From positions 209,599,898 to 209,663,897 of the forward strand of contig NC_092372.1 in the NCBI RefSeq assembly GCF_030028105.1: 64,000 nucleotides of DNA. Reading direction: 5' to 3'. The position numbers were made by a program, and so were the translations under genes. Of this stretch, positions 14,701 to 26,240 are shown one piece after another. Below the pieces are notes generated by a model. The model did not search any database and had not been told where the DNA came from. It worked only from the letters and a program-made list of their open reading frames with translations. Numbering within the stretch: position 1 is the first letter of the stretch; the number at the start of each line of letters is the position of its first letter. The DNA comes from Mobula birostris (Eukaryota).

Positions 14701-14854
14701 CTATAGTCAGCCTCCAAAGCCGGGCTCGGTCATTTAAAATTCAAATACACTTCTCGAGTGTCCAGCAAAACGAACAGTGTTTCTGCTGTGTAAATACTGT
14801 TTGCAAGAGCCTTGCATTCTGGTGTGTAGTGTATGTGTGAACTGACACATAGGG

Positions 14855-14990
14855 GTTCCCGCACCTGAGCAAACAGTCAGAGGGGCTGGGAAAAGAAAGT
14901 GGAAGTGTCCTCTCGTTCGAGTGTCTCATCCATTAGCGGTATCAGAATGACAATGCAGCGCCTTTATTCGTTTTTAATTAGACGACACGG
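14855..14990. promoter_or_regulatory. ar-C / SFPE2-like midline (notochord/floor plate) enhancer in shh intron 2
   Basis: Ordered blocks GCACCTGAGCAAACAG (FoxA-type, 14861), GGAAGTGTCC (14901), AATGACAATG (14946) and CTTTATTCGTTTTTAATTAGA (homeobox-type, 14962). These match my recollection of the four conserved ar-C motifs, and the intron is the expected one. Not aligned computationally. Confidence 0.7.
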
Positions 14991-15349
14991 AGCGAGTCCT
15001 CTGAATCAGTGTACCGCACTCGTCGGCCTCGGAGGCGACTTTAGTTCACTTAAGCCCATCACCTCCGCTAGAGCAGAAGCCACCGACAGCAGCTCGCCAG
15101 AGCCCTCTGTCCTGGGCCGTGCTTTCAAGTTATCCCCAGGTATAGCTCATCGAAGTTTCTTCCTCTCTCAGGGATGAGGTCTTTGGAGCTTCTGTGGCGT
15201 TTCTGTAGCACCGTAGCCGGGCATGGCGGAGTTAACTTTAGACCAGCGCCCGCACAAACTTTTAAGTTAAAGGTGAAGCTTTTCCCGTATAAAGCAGAGG
15301 GCATAGGCACTCCTCTACTCCCAGTGTTTGCTTGCTGTAACCAGCTCAT

Positions 15350-15620
15350 TAAACTGAATCCCGTTCGGTTCCATTAAACAGAGGCGAGAAAGTCGTTAAC
15401 AAACCAATAAAATGTAATTTGCGGCTCTTTTTCGCCAATTAAAAAGCAATTTCCGAGAAATAGACACGACTTGTTTTTAATCGTGTTAAGAGAAGAGAAA
15501 GTGTACTTTGCAGAAACTCCTGAGTCTGAAGATTATAATCCTTATTTGGACCACCTTAATCAAGGCATACATTCCCCGCTGGCGCTAACAGGATGCACCG
15601 CACCTGGGCAGTGTGACCGC
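15350..15620. promoter_or_regulatory. Candidate SBE1-like brain enhancer in intron 2
   Basis: Non-repetitive cluster of CCAATAAAA, CCAATTA (15435), TAATCC (15536, Otx-type) and CATTCC (15570, TEAD-type) next to the ar-C-like block. Confidence 0.35.
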
Positions 15621-15959
15621 CCGAAATGAATCGGACTTTCGAATCCCGGCGACCATCCGATTCTGTCCCTGCTGAAATAATCGATCCCCTGCCTGGAGCC
15701 AGAGTAATTCTGCATTTCAAATGCAAAGCAGAAAACAAGTTAAATGTTTTAAATCCAGAAATAAACTGCAGTTCATGAAGTGGAACAAGTTAAGAAGGAT
15801 TGTTTTGAACTGGAAAACTCCATAAACCAACTTTCTTCATTGCTGGCCTCACACGAATTCCTTTGACTATTTCTGTATCTACCCCGTTACCTCTCTATCG
15901 CTCTGCCGAATTCTATAGCTGTCCATCCTATCTTTTTTTTACATATCTATGTGCCCATA

Positions 15960-16510
15960 TGATCTCTTCCTGTTGATCTGAGATGCTCCTTATCTTCTGC
16001 TGCCATAGCCCATCCACCTCAAGGTGTGACATGTTGTGCATTCAGAGATGCTCTTCTGCACACCACTGTTGTAACACGTGGTTATCTGAGTTACTGTCGC
16101 CTTCCCGTCAGCTTGAACTCTTCTGACTACTCGCATTAACAAGCTGCTTTTTTTTTCTCTCCCCCACCCCACAAAACTGTCACCAGCTGGATGTTTTCTG
16201 TTTTTTTTTCAACATTCTCTGTAAACTCTAGAGACTTGTGTGTGAAAATCTGAGGAAATCAGCAGTTTCTGAGATACTCAAACGAACCCAACTAGCATCA
16301 ACAGTCATTCCATGGTCAAAGTCACTTAGATCACATTTCTTCCCCATTCTGAAGTTTGGTCTGAAAAGCAACAGGACCTTTTGACCATGCCTGCCTGTTT
16401 TTATGCATTACGTTCCTGCTATATGATTGGCTGATTAGATATTTGCATTAACAGGAAATATCATTAACAGAAGGTGCACAGTGTACCTGATAAAATTGTT
16501 ACTGAGTGTG
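15960..16510 (-). mobile_element. Tc1/mariner DNA transposon remnant
   Basis: Minus ORF ...RRVQADGKATVTQITTCYNSGVQKSISECTTCHTLRWMGYGSRR resembles the Tc1 transposase HTH region. Ends in a TIR-like GTGTACCTGATAAAATTGTTACTGAGTGT. Confidence 0.75.
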
Positions 16511-16934
16511 TGTCTCTGCAATTAGAATTTCTTTAGCAACAGGGTGGGGAATTTGTAGAATTCAATGCCACAGATGGCTATGAAGGCTAAATCATTTGGC
16601 ATCTTTAAAGCAGTGGTTTATAGGTTCTTGATTAGTAAGGACATCAATAGTTATGAGGACAAGGCACGAGAATGGGGTTGAGAAGGAAAATAGATAGCCA
16701 TGATGGAATGATGGAGAAGACCCAATGGGCTGAATGGCCTAATTCTGTTCCTATGTCTAGAATCCAACCATCTTCTCTCAAATACATATATATTTTATGT
16801 ATTTATCTTTCTGTATTATTTGGATATATAGTATTAGTGATGTGTGATGAATAGACCAAAATGCACATAAAATTGTCAATAGCCTTTGCTAACATTGATA
16901 TTAACATTTTATTTTACGGCCTAGTTCCTATTAG

Positions 16935-17180
16935 AGGTAGTGGTTAGCACAACACTTTACAGTGCAGGCAACTCAGGTTCAATTCCCACCATTACCTGCA
17001 AGGGGTCTGTACGTTTCCTCCAGGTGCTCTGGTTTCCGAAGATGTGCCAGCTGGTAGGTTAATTGGTCAATATAAATTATCCTGTGATTGGCCCAGTATT
17101 AAATCAGTGGATTTCTAGGCGACATTTCTAGAAGAGCGAGGAGGGCCTATTCCATGCCTTATCTCAATAAATAAATAAAT
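16935..17180 (+). mobile_element. tRNA-derived SINE (HE1/V-SINE-like)
   Basis: A-box-like GTAGTGGTTAGCAC, B-box GGTTCAATTCC, central CCAGGTGCTCTGGTTTCC and (TAAA)n tail. Related copies near 18575-18910, 28030-28280, 28430-28580, 37255-37570, 38740-39020 and 39960-40210. Confidence 0.7.
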
Positions 17181-18052
17181 TCAGAAGGAAAATCTCTGAG
17201 GATGTAGATCTCACAACTACAGGGAGTGGGTCAAATTAATATATGAAATTTATTTTAGTGGAACTGGATGAGAGGGGCAAGGGAATACAGGATTATTCTG
17301 ATAGGTTTAGATGAGAAAAGATGGAGGGAAGTGCAGATTGTGTATTAATGTTGTTATGATCTGGTTGGGTTGAATGGCCTTTGACCTTCCATATGTACAT
17401 CTGATGTCAATTCAATTGCTCCTGCACTTTGCATCCTTGGTTGGCCTTGCACTGTGAGTCATAGCAGTCTACAGAGCAAAGTATGGACAAAATAAAAATG
17501 TTGTACTTGAATTAGCTATTATCATTAAATTCAGTGTATAATTTGTCCCTGTACTTTGACTGTGTCTGCAGTTACTTTAAAATATCTTGCCCTTCGCCTA
17601 ACTCTGCTCAGTCTTGCCCAATATCTTATTATCAGAATCACATGCTCCTTTTTATGTCTTACTCTTTAGAGTTAAGATAAACTCAGTTATACCACTCCTT
17701 CACGAAGGACAACCCTCACAACGCTACGCAATGGGTGAGACTGTTAAGGCCAAGTACTGGAATTAATAAGAAGGACTAAAGTGAAGAATAAAAGGCAAAT
17801 GGGATGTTAGTTTTCATGCAAAATGGTCTGGGGTACAAGGAAATGGAATGGTTGCTCTGTTAATTCAGAACCTATGTGAAGTATAGCATTCAATTCTTGG
17901 GCAGCCTACTCAGGAAAGATAAGGTGGTGCACTTTACAGCTACCAATATTTTTTACTTCCTTTTTTTTATGTTATTGAGATAGTGTGGAATAGGTCCTTC
18001 ATGTCGTATCACACAAAATCCCGATTCAATGATAGCCTAATCATGGGACAAT

Positions 18053-18568
18053 TTAAGAAGGATGTCAATAAAATTGAGAGAGTACAGAGGAGGTTTACTA
18101 AAATGTTGCCTGGGTTTCATCTCCTAAGTTACAGAGAAAGGTTGAACAAGTTAGGTCTTTATTCTTTGGAGCATAGAAGGTTGAGGGGAGACTTGTTAGA
18201 GGTGTTTAAAATTATGAGGGGGATTGATAGAGTTGACGTGGTTAGACTTTTTCCATTGAGAGTGGGGAAAATTCAAACAAAAGGACATGGGTTGAGAATT
18301 AGAGGACAAATGTTTAGGGGTAACATGAGGGGGGAACTTTTTTACTCAGAGAGTGGTAGCTGTATGGAATGAGCTTCCAGCAGAAGTGGTTGAGGCAGGT
18401 TCTATGTTGTTGCTTAAAGTTAAATTGGATAGATATATGGACAGGAAAGGAATGGAGAGTTATGGGCTGAGTGCAGGTCGGTGGGAATAGGATAGGGTAA
18501 GAGTTCGGCATGGACTAGAAGGGCCGAGATGGCCTGTTTCCATGTGGAAATTGTTATATGGTTATATA
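18053..18568 (+). mobile_element. CR1 LINE 3' fragment (ORF2 C-terminus + 3'UTR) in intron 2
   Basis: KDVNKIERVQRRFTKMLPG...LGLYSLEHRRLRGDL...GHGLRIRG is typical of the CR1 ORF2 C-terminus; TTATATGG-type tail. Confidence 0.9.
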
Positions 18569-20229
18569 AGATGACCAATTAACCTAAGAAACGGCGCATC
18601 TTTAGACTGTGGGAGGAAACTGGAGCACCTGGAGGAAACCCATGCGATCGCGGGGAAAACAATCAAACTCATTACAGGCAGTGGCAGGAAGTGAATCTGG
18701 GTTGCTGGGACTGTAAAGCATTGCTACCATGCCGCCCAGTGTGTGGGTTTTCCCTGGGTGCTCCAGTTTCATCCCACAGTCCAAAGAAGAACTGGGTCGG
18801 TCACTGGGTCCTGTGGTTAGGTTAGGGTTAAATGGGTTGTGGGATTGCTGGGACGGTGTGGCTCGAAGAGCTGGAAAAGCATATTCTACACTGTATCGCT
18901 AAATAAATTAATTAAACTGATACGGTAACCAGTAAGAAGCCACTACCTCTGGCGGGGAAGTCCAGGAACGGGAGTTGTGGGTACAAAACCTTAAAATTAG
19001 AGCTGCACATTTAGGGTTGATAGAGCACGTCACATAAAAACAGTACAGCTTAAGAAAAAGCCTTGCAGTCCATTATATCTGTGCCGGTCATGAGGCCAGT
19101 GTAAACTAATCACAGCTGCCTGCATATGTTCTATGTCCCTATATCCCTGCCTGTTCATGTTCCTGTCTAAACTCCTCTTAAACATTGCTGCTGCATTTGC
19201 CTCCACCACCAACTCTCGTCAGTGAGCTCCAGGCATCTACAACAACGTATTAAAAAAAAACTTGACATACACATCTTCCTTAAACATTCCCCCTCTTGTA
19301 TTAAACCTCTGTCCTCTTCTATTTGACATTTACACACGGTGAAAAGAATTTGATTATATACCCTATTATACAATATCAGGTCACCCCTCAGACTCTGGTG
19401 CTCCAGAGAAAATAACAAACAAGTCTGTCCAACCTCCCCTTATAACTCATGCACTGCAATCCAGATGTCAGACAGAATTTCATCACATGAAAACCCTATA
19501 GATTCACTGGTATTTCTATTGTTGAAACAGGAATGTCAAAACTAACACGCAGTTTTTAAAGCCGATAAAATAGAGATTTTAGAATAAAGACCAGTGATTT
19601 GCATTTAGGTGCAAATGAAAACTGCCTTAGGGGATTGAGTGGCCTACCCAAGCTCTCTTCTCCCTGCTGTCACCAAGAAGGAGGTACAGGAGCCTGAGGT
19701 TCCACTCCAAGTTCAGGAACGGTTATTACCCTTCAACCATCGGGTCCCTGAGCCAGCATGGATAACTTCACTCACCTCAATACTGAACACAACTTGAGGA
19801 CTTTTATGTTTCATATTCTCAGTATTATTTATTTAATTACTTACCTATCATTATTATTGTTTGTGTATTAGCACAGTTTCTCTTCTTTTGCACATTGGCT
19901 GCTTGTCAGTCTGTTTATGTGTATCTTTTCGTTGATTCTATTGTATTTCGTCATTCTACTGTGGATGCCTGCAAGAAAATGAATCTTATGTTAGTACCTA
20001 ATTAGTACTTTGATAATGAACTTAATTTGAACTTTGAAGCTCTCGGATTGCCAACGTAGACGGTGAGACAGAAACCAATGCTTTGGGACAGGAGGGGTTT
20101 CTGACATAGATAAGGAACACAGATGTGCATGATAGGTCAATATCTATGATGGCAATTGTCTTTGAAACAGATTCTGATTTTTGGGTTTGTGGAAGAAATA
20201 TCAACAGTTCCAAGAGTACTGTTTATGGA

Positions 20230-20915
20230 TGGAATGTTTTCTCAGCTGGTCCATACCGACCAAGATTCCCATTTAATCTACACCCATTGGCCCATATTTT
20301 CCCATATTCCTCTAAACCTAAATCCATGTACCTGTTCAGGTATTTTTAACTGGTTTTTAATGTACCTGTTTCAACCATTTCTTCTGACATCTCATTCCAT
20401 ATCCTGACCACGCTCTGGGTGAAAAAGTTGCCTCTCAATTCTTAGTAAATCTTACCCCCTCACCCTAAATCTATGCCTTCTAGTTCTTGATTCTCCATCC
20501 CTGGGAAACAGACTGAATGTATTGCCCTTTTCCACAACCTTGTGATTTTATACGCATGTACAAGATCACTCCTCACTCTCCTGTACTCTAACGAAAATTA
20601 CCTACCTGCCCAACTTAATTACCTCCATAACTTAGTCTCTCAACTGTAGCCGATATCCTTGCAAGTCTTCTCTGCGCACTTTACAGCCCAATGGCATCTT
20701 TCCCATAGCAGGATGACCAAAGCTGAACATATTATTCCAAACGTGGTCTCAGCAATGTCTTGCACAAATGCAACATAATGTCCTGACTTCTATACTCAGT
20801 ACCCTGATTATTGAGGGTCAACATGCCCAAACCATTCTTCACCACCCTGTCTACTCGCTACACCACTTTCAAGGAACCATGCGTTAGTACTCCTAGGTCC
20901 CTCTCATCTACAACA
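20230..20915 (-). mobile_element. Older CR1 LINE 3' fragment
   Basis: Degenerate similarity to the 22525-23245 copy. Confidence 0.65.
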
Positions 20916-20994
20916 GTGAATATTTCAGCATGTAAACACCCCTGAAAATTGAAATGAACAAATAAGATTATCCTTGGATGCAAAGACTAAAAGG

Positions 20995-21597
20995 GCAATT
21001 GTAGCATTTCCCAGTGGTCAACCATTTTAATTCCAGTCCCCTCTCCCATTCCACAACGTTGGTCCATGGCCTCCTCTGAGGCCGTTATCAGGTTGGAGGA
21101 GCAGCAACTCATATTCTGTCTGGGTAGCCTCAAACATATTGGCGTGAATATCGATTTCTCTAACTTTCGGTAATTTCTTCCCCTCTCCTTCCATTCCCTC
21201 CTCTGACTCACCTCTTACCTCTTCCCCTCATCAGCCCATCATCTCCCCTGGTGTTCCTCTTACTTCCCTTTTTCACATGGTATGTTCTCCTCTCCTATCA
21301 GATTCCTCCTTCTTCGGCCCTTTTTTTCCCCAATTATCGTCTCCCAGCTTCTCACTTCATCCCCCTTCCCAGACCCACCTGGCTTCATCTTTCACCTTTT
21401 AGATTGTACTCCTTTCCCACCCTCACCGTCTTATTCTGGCTTTCTCCACCTTCCTTTCCAGTCATCATGACAGGTCTCTGCCCAAAGCATCGACTGTTTA
21501 TTCCTTTATATATGCTGCCTGGCCTGCTGAGTTCCTCCAGCATTTTGTGTGCATTATTCTGGATTTCCAGCATCTGCAGAATACATTGGGTTTGTGT
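20995..21597 (+). mobile_element. Penelope-like element 3' portion (GIY-YIG C-terminus, pyrimidine tract, degenerate hammerhead)
   Basis: Broken frame FPVVNHFNSSPLSH...RLEEQQLIFCLGSL...GVNIDFSNF resembles the Penelope endonuclease C-terminus. Followed by a CT-rich tract and the terminal repeat. Confidence 0.75.
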
Positions 21598-22524
21598 AGC
21601 AGAACGGATCCAGTTAAGAACAAAACAAGATAATATTGGCATTGGCCATGCTCCATGCCTGAAACTTTTGTTTGGATATGAGAACTTCACATTGTCTTTG
21701 TTTACACATCTAAGAAGTCTACTTTGTTTCTGCCATCTGAAACAACACTGAAGGTACTTGGTATATTTCAATTAACTTCTAAATAGCCCCATGCCAGATA
21801 CATTGGTGGAAGATCTGTGTCATCCTCCCACCTACATATTGTAAAGCCCAGCCACTGACAACATTTACAGATATGTGCAAGGGTTCCTTTGAAACTTTGA
21901 ACCCTCCTTCTTTCTAAGAGCAGGTGTTTGAACCTTCAAAGTTCAAAGTAAATTTATTATCAAAGTATGTATATGTCACCATGTACTATCCTGAGATTTG
22001 TCTTCTTGCAGGCATTCACAGTAAAATAATATACTATAATTTAGGAAAACTATAAATAACAAAGATTAACAAACAATGTATAAAATGAAACAAATCGTGC
22101 AAATAATAAAAAAGTAAATAGATAATAATGAGTTGCAGAGTACTTGAAAGGGAGTCTATTGGCCATAGAGTCTACTTAGCGTTGAGGCGAGTGAAGTTAT
22201 CCATGTTCTTTCAGGAGCCCCTATGGTGGTATCAGCATGGACAACTTCACTCACCTCAACACTTTACAGTACTCTATAAAGGGTAGCTCTCTTTTGAGTA
22301 AGTAAGAAAATATGTTGCAATTACTCCTTCCAGAAAGGAGGAATCTTTGTAGATGTGTATCTAGAGGGATCTCACGTCCTGGGGCTCCAGACTCTGATTA
22401 GTTCCCGTATGGTGTGATGGCAAGTGGTTAATGGCACCACTGCCAAAGGTGGATGGATGGTATATTCTTTGACCTCAAGGGAATCGGGCGACACTGAGTT
22501 AGTGCTAGAAAATTGGCACAGTAA

Positions 22525-23245
22525 CCGTTATAATCATATAACCATGTAACAATTACAGCACAGAAAAAGGCCATCTCGGCCTTTCTAGTCCGTGCCAAAC
22601 TCTTACTTTCACCTAGTCCCACCGACTTCCACTCAGCCCATAACCCTCCATTCCTTTCCTGTCCAATTTAACTTTAAATGACGGCATCGAACCTGCCTCA
22701 ACCACTTCTGCTGGAAGCTTGTTCCACACAGCCACCATGCTCCGAGTAAAGAAGTTCCCCCTCAAATTACCCCTAAACTTTTGCCCTTTAACTCTCAGCT
22801 CATGTTCTCTTGTTTGAATCTTCCCCACTCTCAATGGAAAAAGTCTATCCACGTCAACTCTATCTATCCCCCTCATAATTTTAAATACCTCTATCAAGTC
22901 CCCTCTCAACCTTCTATGTTCCAAAGAATAAAGACCCAACTTGTTCAACCTTTCTCTGTAACTTAGGTGATGAAACCCAGGTAACATTCTAGTAAATCTT
23001 CTCTGTACACTCTCTATTTTGTTGACAGCTTTCCTATAAATTGGTGACCCAAACTGTACTCAATACTCCAAATTTGGCCTCACCAATGCCTTGTACAATT
23101 TCAACATTACATCCCAACTCCTATACTCAATGCTCTGATTTATAAAGGCCAGCTTACCAAGAGCTTTCTTCACCACCCTATCCAGATGAGATTCCACCTT
23201 CAGGGAACTATGCACCATTATTCCTAGATCGCTCTGTTCTACTAT
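22525..23245 (-). mobile_element. CR1 LINE 3' fragment, same subfamily as 18053-18568
   Basis: ORF 22613-22987 MLPGFHHLSYRERLNKLGLYSLEHRRLRGDL... is nearly identical to the + copy. Confidence 0.9.
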
Positions 23246-23917
23246 AGTAGTAGTACTGTAGTAAGAGGTATCAGCATGATCTTATTGAATAGGGCAGCAG
23301 AAGCAAGTGGCCAAATAGCCTCCTCCCATTCGGCTTCTAATATTCTCCTGTACATTACTTTAAACTGGCCACCCACTACCACTGTCTGTAAACTGACAAA
23401 AAGTGGCAATATAACAGTGCTCACTGTTTTTGAACTTTGGATAAGGTATGAGCCATCAGAAAAGGTTGGACAAATGTAGGTTGTTTTCTCTGGATTGGTA
23501 GAGGCTGATAGAAATTTATAAAATTATGAGGCATAGGTAGGGTAGACAGTCTGACTCTATTATGCTAAGGTCAAAATAGTAGTGGACCTACATTTAAATT
23601 GATTGAGGGGAAGTTTAGATGAGGTGTGCAGGCAGGGCTCTTTGTATGAGGAGGGCTTTCTATGCAAAGAGTGCTCGGTGCCAGGGACAGTGGGGGAAGT
23701 AAATACTAATGTCATCTTAAGGAAGCTTTTGGATAAACACCCAAATATGCAGAGAATGGAAGGACGCAGACCTGCAGACTTAATGGATCAGTTTAATTTG
23801 ACATTGTGTTTGCCAGAGAGTCTGTTCTGATGCTACACTGTTTAGTATTCTGTGCTACAGTTCATACTGTGTCTGTTCATTCCATCACCAATGAGGTCCT
23901 GTTGCTCTTTCCAACAG

Positions 23918-24612
23918 AAAACTCGGTAGCTGCGAAGTCAGGAGGCTGTTTCCCCGCCTCGGCTCGAGTCAGCCTGGAGAATGGCAACAGCAAACGGCTC
24001 AGGGACCTGAAGCCGGGAGACCGGGTGCTGGCAGCAGACGAGCTGGGCAACCTTCTCTACAGCGATTTCATCATGTTTCTGGACAGAGCGGAGGAGGTCG
24101 AGAAGGTTTTCTACGTGATCGAGACTCGACAGCCTCGCCGGAAGCTCGCCCTCACTGCCGCGCATTTACTCTTTGTCGGGCACAGTTCGAGCGAGGGGCA
24201 GATCGAGTTCAGGGCAAGGTTCGCCAGCGACGTGAGGCCGGGCCAGCTGGTGTACGTCACCGATGGGGACGGTCAGCAGCTCCAGCCTGCCATGGTCGAC
24301 AAGGTTTACCTGGAGGAGATGACAGGTGCTTACGCCCCACTGACTGTCCAGGGCACCCTCGTGATCAACCAGGTTCTGGCCTCTTGCTATGCCGTGATAG
24401 AGGAACACACTTTGGCCCACTGGGCTTTCGCTCTTGTGCGGATGAAGCATGCAGCCACATCTTTGCTTCTGCCCAGCGACCCACTAATGGTCAACAGTAC
24501 TGTCCAGGAAGATGGAGTCCACTGGTACTCCAGTGCCTTGTATCAGATAGGCAGATGGGTTTTGGATGACGCATCAATTCATCCTTTGGGAATGACGTTG
24601 GACTCTAGCTGA
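23918..24612 (+). CDS. shh: Sonic hedgehog coding exon 3 (autoprocessing site, Hint domain, sterol-recognition region)
   Basis: Acceptor CTCTTTCCAACAG|[12 protein letters not shown]|CFP cleavage site (Cys codon 23947). Hint motifs [25 protein letters not shown] and ASCYA, plus C-terminal GVHWYS. TGA at 24610-24612. Spliced CDS is 1254 nt = 417 aa + stop. Confidence 0.97.
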
Positions 24613-25590
24613 AACCATTTACAGCCATTACAGACAGACTTTTACAGCAGAACTTACTCAAACACAAAGCAGAGTTTCGACAAGAAGACCCCAGGAAGTT
24701 TTCTTCTCGTGGGGATATTTATTTTGTTTTGCATTGTTTTTAATTGCCCGTTTCTCCTGTCCTTTGTTTATAATGTCTTCTTGTTTAACAGAAAAGAAAC
24801 TGGAACTTTGAGAGCCTTAAAACTCCTTTGATAATTTATTCCCAGGTGACCCCACCACAACAGAAAGTATTTTGTGTGGTCAGCCAAGGAGAGCAAAATA
24901 TATTTTTCTATCTGTTTTTGTCCCGTGAATCATTCTACAAACGTTTGCGACGAATTCTATTGTCGATGTATTTGTAATCTCTTGTTCCCGCCCTCGCCCT
25001 GTGTTGTTTTTTTTTTAATTTCTCTAGACTTTCGAACAAAGCTACACTGCATTTGGGGGGTCCATAAATTATATTTTTATACACAGAATTGTAAATTAGA
25101 TTTTTGGATTACTTAACTGAATCACATTTCGTTATTTGAAATAGTGTAAAATACGAGAATATATTATTTTAATTTAAAGTCTAGGTGCGAAAAAATATAA
25201 CGTTTTGACCATCCCACTGACGATGTTTTGACGTTGAACCTGCCATTTTGTAAACCAGGTGAGCTACAGGGAAAGTGCGCATGCTCGACAAACATCCGTC
25301 CCTTCATCAATAGTGACATCTTGACATCTCCATCTGGGACTGAATTTTATTGGAAGAAATTATTTTTTAAAAGTGACGAACCTTGATGATTAATAATCAT
25401 ATTCTAATGAAAGTAGTAGTTTGTACAAAGTTTTTTTGCATACGAATTAAAATTCGACAAAAAAGCTGTAAATTTACTAAACCGTATTATTTGCATATTT
25501 TGTAATAGTTTAATACAGTAGTTTTATAATATAGAAATGTGCCAAATACTCTGTCTGAATATTATTAAAATATACAGCATTTCAATTACA
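24613..25590 (+). other. Probable shh 3'UTR with candidate ATTAAA poly(A) signal
   Basis: Repeat-free AU-rich tract after the stop codon. Block 25051-25180 resembles tetrapod SHH 3'UTR as I recall it. ATTAAA at 25564-25569. The end is approximate. Confidence 0.55.
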
Positions 25591-25989
25591 CGCGACTTTT
25601 GATAATCGAGAGGTGAAGAAAGGCGTTGTGTATAGATACTTTAAAATATTTTGCAAAGTGAAAAGAGATGTTTATGTTTTAGGGTCAATCGTTTACGCCA
25701 CAACCTACTGGAGTTGGAATGGATGTATTTTCAACGGCAGGGTCCAAAAGACCAGCCATGTTTTACATTCTATTTGAATCATTCATTCTGCAACTTATAA
25801 AACAAACTGTAAGAAACGGACATATTGTTTGTAGCTATTATTTGGTCGCTTACGATCAACAGTAATTTCCCACCTCAATGCTGCTTTTCATAATTTTTTT
25901 AAATAAAATTTCTCTAAAGTCTAAACGCAGCTGTAATATGTCGGAGAACTGAAGTAAACGGAAGTGTCTGCACTGCAAAAATAAAAATC

Positions 25990-26240
25990 CGCAATGTATG
26001 TATGACCGATGTTGGAGAGCTTGGGCAAGACGCACACACTCACACCATGTTGGAAGAACTCGGCAAGTCAGGCAGAATCTATGAAGTGGTATACACAGAC
26101 GGCGTTTCGGGCCGAGATCCTTCATCACACCTTTAACAGGAGTCCTTTTGAAGGGTCTCGGCCCCATACGCCGACTGGCGATTCCCCTCCAAGATGCTGC
26201 CTGGCTGGGTGAGTTCCTCCAGCATTTTGAATGTGCACGT
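25990..26240. mobile_element. Degenerate foldback Penelope-like repeat
   Basis: Arms CGTTTCGGGCCGAGATCCTTCATCA and TGAAGGGTCTCGGCCC... lie in inverted orientation. Confidence 0.7.

Noticed and set aside
23806-23917. N-terminal extension of the 268-aa ORF
   Set aside because: Intronic sequence upstream of the AG acceptor at 23916-23917.
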